Below, in pieces: positions 51,900 through 64,000 of a stretch of DNA of 64,000 bases. The notes beneath the pieces are model-generated. The model searched no databases. It was not told where the DNA came from and saw nothing but the letters and a program-made list of their open reading frames with translations. The DNA is taken from positions 44,950,001 through 45,014,000 of the forward strand of contig NC_043005.1 of the NCBI RefSeq assembly GCF_006345805.1. Direction: 5' to 3'. This DNA is from Octopus sinensis (lineage: Eukaryota). Each line of letters opens with the position of its first letter. Position 1 is the first letter of the stretch. The position numbers were made by a program, and so were the translations under genes.

Positions 51900-53690
51900 C
51901 TTAAAAAAGATATTGCCATGGTTTTTACCAAGTTTGTGTGAGATTTGTTGGAAGTTAAGCAGCTGAGAGATTTGAATTTTATGACAAAGGGAATCTGAAC
52001 GATTCTGATTATGGCCATGCAAATGAATTTAAAAGTAAATATGGTTCAGTAGATGGGGACAACCAGTTAAACACTGTTCCTACACAAAATGTACAGCTTA
52101 TAGGAGAAGGGCAGATAAGGGGGCCATTTAGAAGTGGCAGAAGAAGGAAATATGTAGCAGTGGTAGAGGATGTTACAGTGCTCTTCATGTTTCCAGATTG
52201 GTAAAAATTATGTCTATTTTTTTCTTAATGCTAGTTTTAACCCTACAGAAGATCCAAGGCTTAGAAATATCTTAGATAACATTACTGGACGATCAGATAA
52301 TCCTGTGGTGTTGACTTCAGTTACTCCAGACAGATGAACTATGACAGGTGTTAGTCAATGAAACCAACAACCAAGCTGCATGTGTCAGAGTAGCTAAGAT
52401 CAATAACGATTATGCAAAGAACTTTTACACAGTAACTGGGGGTAGGAGATGAAAATATTTTTGGCTGCAGAATTGCTATAGAAATGCTAACATATGAGCT
52501 GCTTTCGTAACAGAAGGATAAAATTTTTCACTCTATCACCCGGCTTTAATAGAATATTTGACCAAAATCAATTCGTGATCATACAGAATTTTTGCATTAT
52601 GTGAATGAAGACAACTCTAGCTGTTGATAAATTTAGGCTTTTGCTGAACAACATCTTGGAAGAATTTAAATATTAATACAAACCAGAACAGAATATGTCA
52701 CACGATGAAGAGATGATTTCCACGAAGAATTTTCTGACAATAAAAAAAAACTGGCATTCTGTTGGTTGCAACAACAAGGTTCCAGTTGATCCGATCAATG
52801 GAACAACCTGCTCATAAAATTAATGTGCAAGTGGCTGAGCACATGACAGACATACATACTCTTAATGTAGTTCTCAGTGAGATGCAGCATGACACAGAAC
52901 AAAGCAAGGTTGGCCCTTGGAAATCCAAGTACAAGTCATTTTTACCAGTTGACCACATGCCTTCACAAGGTAAAGTCAACCTCGATAGCATTTGAATTCA
53001 GAATATAAAGAGCTGAGCATAAAATCTTGCTTGTAAAAATGAGAATTGATAAATATGTATTACTGAGACATATTCAGGCTGAGGATCTAATACAAATGAA
53101 ATCAATAATCTTGGAGTGACTGAGAATACTTATGTCCTTCTACTCAAATAATGATTCAAATAGACCATTATTACTGAATGTCTCTTGTGACAAATGTTAT
53201 TCTGGTAATGAACTGACTTGATATTTGGCCAGGTACTGCAGCATTGGTTACGTTGACTCTATTCAAATGATCAAGATTAATTTCTTTCAAAGATATAATA
53301 TTGTCTGCCTGTTGTGGAGATATATTTCATCACCTCTTTGATCATCTGTTCCTCAGCCACAAGAGAAAGCAAAGAGTGCACCAGAAAGCAAGGAGTGCAG
53401 TAGAGTGCCATTTCCTTTGTTCCAAAACAGTTTCTGCATACAATAAATAAACACGGATGGGGAACAGACAAGAATGGCGAGTTGATTGTGCAAGAATACA
53501 AGTTACCTTGCAGGCTGATGGCAAAGATTTTATGAGGTCTACATACAAATGTACAATTTATATGTTCTTGTTATCTACCAATCCTATACAGAAAATGACT
53601 GGAAGACACATTTCTGCAGTACATTGCAAACATGTGTAAGAAACTTGCTGAGGACTTCACGCCCTAGCAGCAGCTGATACCATCTTCATC
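51900..53690 (+). pseudogene. Decayed piggyBac transposase, interrupted by SINE fragments
   Basis: Ordered piggyBac-like motifs: LVNETNN (~52355), DKFRLLL...YKPEQNMSHDEEM (D1, ~52700), NLGV...DKCYSGNEL (D2, ~53200), YNK...MG and WQRFY...YNLYVL (~53440-53570). Many stops and frameshifts. Confidence 0.7.
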
Positions 53691-53726
53691 AGTTAATATC
53701 AACACTCAGCTCAAGGATGTAAAACA

Positions 53727-53972
53727 GTAAAGGCAAAGTTTCTTTCACAAGTCATGCTGACTCATAAGGGACAGTTTCCTGGTTTCCATGGCACATAAAT
53801 TCCCAACCAGGATGGAACACCAGTCCATCGTAGGATTACTCAGTTTTGCCAGCTGAGTGGATTGGAGCAATGGGAAATGAAGTGTTTTGCTCAAGAGCAC
53901 AACCCAGTCCAGGAATCAAAACCAGAATCTTATGATCATGAGTCCAGCACCCTAACCACTGAGCCATGCACC
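53727..53972 (-). mobile_element. SINE family C
   Basis: Colinear with 30147-30416. Confidence 0.85.
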
Positions 53973-56506
53973 TCCCCACTCAAGGATGTAGGACCAAGTC
54001 ATTTAATAGGACCTGACATACCATCACAAACAACTTTGATTTTGTTTATTCAGAAATACACAAGAGCACATTGATGAGAAATCCAGATGCACAATACAAA
54101 AAACTTTCTAAGAAAAAAAATATGTATATTGGTATCTCCACTTTGAGAAATACTTCTGTATTGGCACTAGAGTTAATAACAGCAGGAAAATTTGGCACAC
54201 CAAAACTGGATTACTGAAGGTAAGCCATTGGTGGTCAACTGAAGAAAGAAGACTAAGAAAATAAAGTAAGAAATGTCTAATTACAAATACAAAGTTAATT
54301 ATATTTATGTTTTTGTTTTTCATGTTTAAATTAATATTTTTTCCATGATTTTCTTGTCGAGGCTCAGGGTTGGGAAATGCACATCTATTAGGAGGTCAGG
54401 GTTCAGAGGGTTAATGCTCTGTTTACAGACTAAGTCTCTGATTGGTAATATTATACTCCTCGATATATTTCATAGTGAGTATATTTCATACCATAGATAA
54501 CCTGGTTTTGTTCATCTTTTCTATTATTCACCTTAGTCAGCCTATGCCAGAATCTACATCAATAGAATACAGTTTTTTTAGTATTACTGAGATAACCTTT
54601 AATAAAGCTAAATGTTCATAACTGTCAAACTTTATTCCATTATTCTTTAGTCATATTATCAAATTAGTTTTCATTAGAATTTAATATCACTTCTTTGTAC
54701 AAGAAATACATACTTTTTTTTTATCAGTTCAAATGCTTTTACAAAAATATGAACACAAAGATGTTCATATCAACTTTTCGACTTTTTATCTTATTCTATT
54801 GAAGCTGTCTGTTGACATTCGCTTTTATGGTTTATTCTTCAGTAAAAAAATTGAGGAAATATGATTTAGAAAAAGAGAGGAGAGTAAAAATTTTAAATAA
54901 ATCTTCCTCCAAGTTATTAACATAATATCAAACTTGCCACTGAATGTTTTAAAATCTTAAATCTTAAATTCCTTTGAATAAAATTTCAAACATTTAAGCT
55001 AAGAAAAAGAATAAAATATCATTTATGGAACCCAACAGAATGCTAAATACACAAAATAAGAATTTTTTTTTTCCAATATTCAAAATTATTCCTTAAAAAC
55101 TTTAATTCCTTAAAAGAATAATTATTTGTAAAGCAGTCCTTGTTTGTTTTGTGGAAAATAGCTTAGGTAAGCTTATATGTTAAATCCAAAATAATACTCT
55201 TAGAGAATGGCATTTGACAAAGAAAACTCTCATAAAGTAAAATAGAAGTTAGAAGCTATAAAAAAAAATGTATGTTCAGAGCATGCTTAGAACAGCAATG
55301 TAGTTAACCGCACTAAAAATATAGCAGCTAAGTCTTCCTCCGATATTTTTAATGCAAGTTTGTGTGTATATATGTGTTTAAGTAACATTTGTTGCAAATG
55401 TACTGACAATACTTGAAGCAGTTTCATTCCTTCTTCACTAAATGGGACTCTTCTGTAACCATTACACACTCTTCAGAATAATTACCTAAATCGATGAATT
55501 AAAAGTAGAAGATAATGTTTTTTATAAATCTTGAACAAGTATTTTATTCTCTTGCTTAAAAGTAGGACAAGAGTAATCCTAATTAGTTGCTATGGTGACA
55601 AAATTAGCTTTCTGCTATTGAGCAGAAATTTCAGTACAAAAAAAAAATTATATTCTTGTCTGATATTTTTCTTTAAACCATTTTAATATGCAGTTTTTTT
55701 TTCTGTGTGTGTGTTTTTTAAAATAGAAAGTCATAGATGTTGAGTCTGTTAATTTCTACCTGGAGATAGTAGCATGAATTATCATCATTCTACAAGAATT
55801 AACTATTTAACACTTTACATAAACAATATTGATTTAATGCAAAGAACTAATGGATTGATTTCACTCTGGATAATATAGAACATCACAACACACCACTCTA
55901 CTAGGTTCCTGGTTTTATGTTAAACAATGATTTTTACAATATTCTCTATCAAGCTAGTGAGGGAATCTCTATGGGTTTGCTGAATTTGTTAGAAACCACA
56001 GCCAAATCTCCCTTAAATCAAACTCACTTGAAAGAAAAAGAAGTACATGTTGGACAATATAACCTCTGAACTAAAAAAAAGAAAAATACAGAATGGTTAT
56101 GGTTGGAATGTCTTATGTCATAATTCTGGCCTAAGAGTAAACTTGTATCAACCTCACCAGTCCATAGATCCTTCCTTTTGTCTAAACCATAAAAAAAAAT
56201 ATAAAGAAAATAATAGCCAGAGTAGATGTAAGGAAGGATAAGTGTTAAGTTGGCAACCTTGTCATCAACATCATCATCGTCATCGTTATCAAATGATCCC
56301 TTTGTACCCTTAAATTGTCCTTTTTGAGTCTACTACCTTTTTTCATTAGTTTACTTTGAAGAGATTTTTTTTTTACTATAATAGTGGTGTCAGTAGGTTT
56401 TTAAACTTAAAACATATAAAATTAGAATAAATACTACAAGGCATTCATTCAATATTCAAAACTTTCTGCTAGTCCATAACCCTAAGCTTGTATTTATTTA
56501 TTGATC

Positions 56507-57681
56507 AAGCTATGGCCACCTAAGAGGTGCAGCAACATCAAAGGAAGATTAAGCAGGAAGATAACTTTTGTGTGCAGCAGATGCACAAAGGTATAAACAC
56601 CACAGATGCTCAGAAAACAGATTCCATCATAATCCAGGGTGAGAAACTAGAAGTAGTTGATAGCTTCCGCAACCCAGGTGACAAAATTAGTAGTGGAGGT
56701 GGATGCTCAGAGAGTGTTACGACTAGAATAAGAATAGCCTGAGCAAAGTTAAGAAAGCTTCTACTCCTACTGGTGACAAAGGGCCTCTCACTCAGAGTGA
56801 AAAGTAGATTGTACGATGCATATGTGCAAACTGCTATGCTTCACAGAAGTGAAACATGGGCCATGACTGTGGAGGACATGCTTAGGCACAAAAGAAATGA
56901 AGCTAGCATGATCTGCTGGATGTATAATGTCAGTGTGCACACACGACAGCGACCTGAGAGCATCGGATGTAGCATTCAAGAGAGACGTTTACGCTGGTAT
57001 GGTCATGTACTATGGATGGATGAGAAGAACTGTGTGAAGAAGTGCCACTCCCAAACAGTTGAAGGAATCTGGGGTAGAGGTAGACCCAGGAAGATATAGG
57101 ATGAGGTGGTGAAGCGTGACCTTCAAATGTTGGGCCTCACAGAGGCAATGACGAAAGACCAAGACCTCTAGAGATATGCTATGACTGCGAGGACCCAGCA
57201 AATGAAGTGAGTTCACGGCTGTATCCTCCACTAGTTTTGCATAATCAGCCCAAGTCCATTCAAAAGTACCTTGGATTGTAGGGTGACCTGCTGTGCTTGA
57301 GGAGGCCTATTGAGTCAAAAACATCAACATCAAAATGAAAATCAAATGTAAATTGCAGTTGTGATACCCATGCCAGTGGCATGTAAGAAGCACCATCCGA
57401 ATGTGGCCAATGCCAGTGCTGCCTTGACTGGCTTCCGTGCTGGTGGCATGTAAAAAGCACCAACCAATTGTGGCCATTGCCAGCCTCCTCTGGACCCTGT
57501 ACCAGTGGCACATAAAAAGCACCCACTACACTCACGGAGTGGTTGGTGTTGGGAAGGATACCCAGCAGTAGAAACACTGCCAGATCAGACTGGAGCCTGG
57601 TGCAGCCTCCTGGCTTCCAGACCCCAGTCAAACCGTCCAACCCATGCTAGCGTGGAAAACGGACGTTAAACGATGATGATG
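56507..57681 (+). mobile_element. 5'-truncated RTE LINE: Cys-rich insert, C-terminal domain, 3' UTR with tandem modules, (GAT)n tail
   Basis: KLWPPKRCSNIKG...FVCSRC, EKLEVVDSFR, KGLSLRVKSRLYDAYVQTAMLHRSETW, IQERRLRWYGHV, GRGRPRK; tail GGACGTTAAACGATGATGATG. Confidence 0.92.
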
Positions 57682-58515
57682 AACCCCAAGATTGTGAGTT
57701 CAATTCCAGGCAGTGCCTTGAATAGATGATGGTGGTGGTGGTGGTGGTGGTGGTGGTGATGATGATGATGATGAAAGAGTGAAGGGTAAATTTGATCTTG
57801 GCAAGGTTTGAACTCAGTGTACAAGGAGTTAGAACAAATACTGCAAGGTATTTTATCCAATACTTTAAAGATTCTTCCACTTCACCACTTTACATAATAT
57901 AGGTTTGCAGCAGTACTTGGCATTCAAACCCCTGATATTTCACAAACAATAAAAAGACCACTACATATCAAGTAATTTTGGTTTGCATTTTGGCCAATCC
58001 TATTCTAGGTGTATTCATATAATCACATGATTTGATGGGAAATTTCCATACAGTTTTTTGCCAAAATACAGTCATAAATGTAGACACATAAGATAAGCAA
58101 CACGGAAGTTTGAGAGAAGGCACAGATTTCAGAAAAGACAGACAAACACAGATGATTCTTGGTCAGCCATGCTGCTCAACCTCAGGTTAAAAAGAATCAA
58201 TTTGTCAACCTTGAGCACCGAACATTCTTACATCTCATTCTAACCTGAAGGTATAATGATCTCACTTCTTGCTAGCATGCATTCTCACCTCTAGCAAAAT
58301 ATACATACATAAACACAACCCATGCCAGCACAGAAAATGGATGTTTTGGTAAGTAACCTTGGTTATATCATTATGTAAATAAATGTGATGCATTGGAAAC
58401 TATGTATCATTGATTGGTTTTATATGGAAGCTGCATACAACCTGACCAAATAATACAGCTCCCAGCCTGACCAAGCTACAGGTTAAAGGTAAACCAGTTT
58501 AAAAACTAGACTTAC

Positions 58516-58540
58516 CTAAAACGTCATAGGCTAAAGTGGA
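58516..58540 (-). other. Candidate micro-exon, 15 nt (58516-58530) or 25 nt (58516-58540, STLAYDVL), unverified
   Basis: Long upstream pyrimidine tract, two alternative AGs, consensus donor AG|GTAAGT. Confidence 0.3.
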
Positions 58541-58916
58541 CTAGTTTAAAAACCAGACATAGTCAAAACAAAAATGGAAAGTGGAAGGAAAATAATTAAG
58601 TGAAATTATATTTTGCCTTTAATTATTCACAATGATTTAAGTAAAAAATTACATCAATTTTTAATTGTAATTCACAAAACAATTACCTGTATTTTCAGTA
58701 GGCACAATTTCTTGTAGCTAATGAAGAAAAGTTTATAATTATTACTGATTCTACAAAATTCACCAAAACAAATTGCATAACCTAAAAAAGTATTAAATGA
58801 TGTTTTTGTTTTTATTTTTTTTCTGCTAAACATTAGAAAATAAACTTATATAAAGCATTGTTAATTTTCATAGTTTTTTCTTAGATGTTTTCGTTGACAA
58901 TATTAAATCTCTGCTA

Positions 58917-59256
58917 AGGAGGGGAGCTGGCAGAATTGTTAGTATGCCAGGCAAAATGCTTAGCAGCATTTCATCCGTCTTCACATTCTAAGTTCGAGTT
59001 CCACTGAGGTTGACTGTCTTTCATCAACTTACCCCTCCCCCCAAATTGCTGGCCTTGTGCGGAAATTTGAAATCAATATTAAACCTTTGCTGCATTTTGT
59101 CTGTTTTCATGTTCTGAGTTCAAATTCCGGTGAGGCCAACTTTACCTTTCATCCTTTTGGGGTTGATAAAATAAGTACCAGTTAAGTACTGGGGTTGATG
59201 TAATCAACTTACTCCCTCTCTAAAATTGCTGGCCTTGAGCCAGAATTCGAAATCAG
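58917..59256 (+). mobile_element. Two tandem SINE-B units
   Basis: Head AAGGAGGGGAGCTGGCAGAATTGTTAG; both units end TTGCTGGCCTTG...GAAATCA. Confidence 0.8.
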
Positions 59257-59859
59257 TATTAAATCTCTTCTGTTGAATTCTCAACCACTGTAGTACTTGG
59301 CTGTTTTGCACAATATTGTAGTTTCAGTTACTTCAACATGCAAGACCTGTGATTTTTTTCTCCGAATGTCCTTGCTGTACCTATCAAGGTATCAAGGTGC
59401 GATAAAAACAGCTAAGTGAATTAAAATGTCAGCATATTCTTTCTTTGGAAAAAACAAATTAAGTTTGATTATTTTTGCAGATTTAATTGCTTTAGTTTGC
59501 CAGGCAGAAAATGAACTCTTGGTTTTTTTTTCAATTACAATGAAATAAGGACACGTCTCCTTTCATTATTCTTTGTGACATCATTACTTTCAACTTTTTT
59601 AAATTTTCATTTCAAATTTGCCCTCTCCATCTGTTTTTTTTGGGGGGGTTTTATTTCCCTAAAACTCACCAAAGTTTAAATGACATTCTAAGACTTGAGT
59701 TACTTCGAAGGAAAACCTTTAGATTAGAAAGTTGGACAAAAGTTTCCAAAAGACTCTTACATATGCTGAATAATGCAGAATTTTTCTAACACTTTTGCAG
59801 ATAACTTTTTGCTATTCTAAATGTTTTTCTTTCTAACCGAAAGTTGTTGAGCATTTCCT

Positions 59860-60395
59860 TATTCTTCTTTTACTCTTTTTACTTGTTTCAGTCATTTGAC
59901 TGCGGCCTTGCTGGAGCACCGCCTTAAATCGAGCAACTCGACCCCGGAACTTATTCTTTGTAAGCCCAGTACTTATTCTATCGGTCTCTTTTGCTGAACC
60001 ACTAAGTGACGGGGACATAAACCACCTTTAGTTGAGCAAATTGACCCCAGGACTAATTCTTTGTAAGCCCTGTATTTATTATATCGGTCTCGTTTGCCAA
60101 ACCGCTAAGTTAAATGGACGTAAACACACCAGCATCATTGTCAAGCGATGCTGGGGGAACAAACACAGACACACAAACACACACACACACTCTCACACAC
60201 ACACACACACACACACACATGCACATATATACGACGGGCTTCTTTCAATTTCCATCTACCAAATCCACTCACAAGGCTTCAGTTGGCCCGAGGCTATAGT
60301 AGAAGACACTTGCCCAAAGTGCCACGCATTGGGACTGAGCCCAGTACCATGTGGTTCGTAAGCAAGCTACTTACCACACATCCACTCCTATACCT
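59860..60395 (-). mobile_element. SINE family A with ~105-bp internal duplication
   Basis: The segment GAGCAA...GACCCC...TTCTTTGTAAGCCC...CTAAGT occurs twice (~59930 and ~60033). Confidence 0.88.
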
Positions 60396-60830
<435 letters not shown>

Positions 60831-61212
60831 TAAGGAATATGTTAAGTTATTAAAAATATATTAGACATATTACAATATTAGATTTATCAAAGATTTCCTT
60901 TCAATGTTAAATAAAATTATTTGTTTGTCTAAGGCTTCACAACCATGCATTCATCAAGTTGCATTGTTTTTTTTTTTGGTTTTTGACTGTATTTTCTTCT
61001 TTTATTATATTTCTTTTAATTCTTTTATTTATGCTACAATTTTTGGCTGAAGTATTTTATTTTTCTATAAATTCAATAGAACTTGATTTCAATCTAATTC
61101 CTAAAAGAAACCTAATTTTCATGGGAATAGATATTTCAAAGGATAATCAAATTTTGTTTATTCCATTCATGATATGCGCAGAAACTGATTTTTCTTTCTG
61201 TTGCAGGAAAAT

Positions 61213-61250
<38 letters not shown>

Positions 61251-61679
61251 ATATGCATACATATATACATATACACACACATGTATGTATGTATGTATGT
61301 ATGTATGTATGCGTGTACATATATGTATTTATTACATTATCATTTTGAAACATAACAGAATGCTTTTTAATGTATGTTAACATTCTGTTGTGACTGAAAG
61401 AGTCATCCCATAAATTGAAGTTCATCATGAATTGTTGACTGTTGACAGTATAATATTCTCTTCCAAAATTCGTTTGTTTGATTCAACTTTTATTCTATCT
61501 AACTCTTCTCTTCAACTTAAAAATTAAATATCCCCCTCCCCCAGTCCAGAAGTCTTACCTATCTGAGATTCCTCCTCTCTTTATATGTATTAAAAACAAA
61601 AAGCTTCAGATCTTGGAAATATCATGAAAGAGAAAGCCTTTAACGTAAAAATCCTTAAGTTAAAATAAAAACTCAGACT

Positions 61680-61864
61680 AGGTGCAGGTGTGGCTGTGTA
61701 GTAAGAAGCATGTTTCCCAACCACATGGTTGTGGGTTTAGTTCCACTGGTGAGCAGCTCGGGCAAGTGTGTTCTACTATAGCCTTGGGCCAACCAAAGCC
61801 TTGTGAGTGGATTTAATAAATGGAAACTGAAAGAAGCCCATCATATATGTATATACATGCATAC

Positions 61865-61900
<36 letters not shown>

Positions 61901-62085
61901 CTGTCTGCATTTGTCCCCATCACTGCTTGGGAACTGGTGTAGGTGTGTTTACATCCCTGTGAATTAGTGGTTCAGCAAAAGAGACTGATAGAATAACTGT
62001 CAGGCTTAAAAATCAAAAAGTATTGGGGTTGATTCATTACACCAAAAAAATTCTTCAAGGTGGTGCCCCAGCATGGCCGCAGTCT
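61680..62085 (+). mobile_element. SINE family A
   Basis: Head AGGTGCAGGTGTGGCTGTGTAGTAAG, tail AAGGTGGTGCCCCAGCATGGCCGCAGTC. Confidence 0.85.
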
Positions 62086-62677
62086 CACCACAGCTGCAAC
62101 AATTAAAAGGTAAAATGTAAAGGTGAGACAATTGATAGAATGTGATCCAAAGAGAAACACTGAGCTTTATTCAGATTAATCTTCAATAATACTATGGTCT
62201 GCATGCTCTGTGGGATTAAGCTCTAAACAAAATTATCTTTCATGCTCAATCTCCATTTAAGGTTGCAAAATCAATTAAATTGCACCATCATTAGCTGCTT
62301 CTTCTTTCATTTGTTTCATTCAAATGAAGCTGTATGAAAATGGGTTTCAAATTCTGGCACAAGGTCTGAAAATTTGGCAGCAGAGGGGTAAGTCAATTAT
62401 ATTAACTCCAGTGCTCAACTGGGACTTATTTTATCAACCCTGAAAAGATGGAAGGCAAAGTCAACTTTGGCGGTATTTGAACTCAGAACATAAAGACAGA
62501 CAGAATGCCACTAAGCATTTCCCTGCATGCTAATGATTATGCCAGATTGCTGCCTTAACGTTGCTGTATAATAATGATATTAATTATTTCTAGGGATTTT
62601 ACTCATTGTTTGTCAAGTCTTACCATTTACATCTTTGTTAGGTTTCCATAATTTGTATCTCAGCATTAAATAATGTA

Positions 62678-63243
62678 TTGGGTTGTCTGGAAAGTTTGTG
62701 CCGATTTATAGTAGCTTACCTTTCGACTTATTTTAGAACATGGTTGAATCCATAAAATAGGATTTGACTACACCTCCATTTAGAACACAGTTTAAGTTAT
62801 CTTTTTGTGGAAGAAGATTTATGTTCTTATAACCTGTATTAATTCTGTAACCCTTTAAAATGGAAGATAAGAAAGTTCATTTTCGGCACTTGATGATTTG
62901 GGAACCAGACAAAAATTGCTGCATCTCGGGTGGGATGTGTTACCCCACCCTCCATATTCACCAGATATTGCTCCCACGGATTTCCACTTATTCAGGTCTC
63001 TGCAGAATAGTCTTAATGGTAAAAATTTCAATTCCTTGGATGACGTAAAAAGATACCTTGATGAATTCTTTGCCATGAAACCACCTCAATTCTGGGAAGA
63101 GGATATTTTCAAGTTAAAGGAAAGATGGAGATGCATTGTGCAACGAAATGGTTCGTATTTGGTTGATTATAAATGTAATGGCAAGTATTTATTGACCTTT
63201 TTCTTTCCTTTAAAAATCGGTATGAACTTTCCGGACAACCCAA
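62678..63243 (+). mobile_element. Internally deleted mariner (Hsmar1/SETMAR-like), TA TSD
   Basis: TIRs TTGGGTTGTC(T/C)GGAAAGTT, TA on both sides. N-terminal MEDKKVHFRHLM is fused out of frame to WDVLPHPPYSPDIAPTDFHLFRSLQNSL. Confidence 0.92.
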
Positions 63244-63478
63244 TACATTGAGTGCTAATTTGCACATTAATTTCACAAGTAGGCTGTTCCAGTGATCAGA
63301 TCAACTGGAAAAACCCTTGTTGATGTAACTGACAAAGTGTCAGTTTTTAAAAAAATTTATTTTGAAGTCCCCAACTCAGATATTGTCACTGTCATTTGTT
63401 ATCAAGGTGCTTCATTTACCCATCAGTCATCCTCAGTAATGGTGCGTAAAGAGATGTAACAGTTACTGCTTCTTTACC

Positions 63479-63540
<62 letters not shown>

Positions 63541-64000
63541 TGTATGTATGTATGTATGTATATCAAAATGCTTCAATGGAGAGATTTTTTTCCCACATGG
63601 TGAGTTATAAAAAAGAAGTGAAAAAGAAGGAAAATGCACACAATGTATATATTCTTTATGTGATAAAATATTTACACAGTCAACAAGTTTCACTTTTGTT
63701 AATCATGACTAAGGAATTAATGATGCTACAATTTTATGGATTCATAAGAAGTTTTCAGTCCATTCAAGTAGCAGAAAAGTCACTTTGTAAATGAATCAGA
63801 AGATACATAAATTTAAGGGGGTGGAGGTAGCTTCTGATTTGTTTATGAAACAACTTTCCTGCTAACAAACTTCATATGATACCAAAAAATTGTAATATTT
63901 CCACTAATTTCTTAGTCAAGATTAGCAGAAGTGTAAGTAATTGACTATGCAAATATTTTATCACAAAAAAATATATACATTCTGTGCATTTTCTATCTTT

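Noticed and set aside
54100-54245. Exon candidates on both strands (KIWHTKTGLLK with a GTAAGC donor on plus; DHQWLTFSNPV after a strong acceptor on minus)
   Set aside because: Each has only one convincing splice site, and the two conflict.
55287-55469. Protein-like minus-strand ORF (…LLQVLSVHLQQMLL…)
   Set aside because: In-frame stops follow the best acceptor, no family is recognised, and part derives from a GT/AT run.

Overview
This is AT-rich, CpG-poor animal genomic DNA packed with microsatellites and interspersed repeats. The SINE/LINE landscape points to an octopod cephalopod (inference from recalled repeat families, not a search). No host protein-coding gene can be identified with confidence; a few short minus-strand segments with good splice signals are only candidate exons. 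Almost all listed ORFs are translated microsatellites or transposon relics. Recognisable elements: a full-length but dead DD37D (maT) transposon, three mariner deletion derivatives, a Tc1 IR/DR arm, a piggyBac transposase relic plus three TTAA-type MITEs, two non-autonomous Helitrons, R4/Dong-type RLE retrotransposon fragments, RTE LINE fragments, Penelope-like element (PLE) relics, and dozens of tRNA-derived SINEs of three families. Two structures stand out. One is a 1.58-kb cassette bounded by two outward-facing hammerhead-ribozyme-like modules and a 24-bp direct repeat, with a Dong-like element sitting in its central (TAA)n. The other is a young 1.93-kb foldback element with ~620-bp tandem-subrepeat TIRs, an 8-bp TSD and a spacer that looks like captured host DNA.
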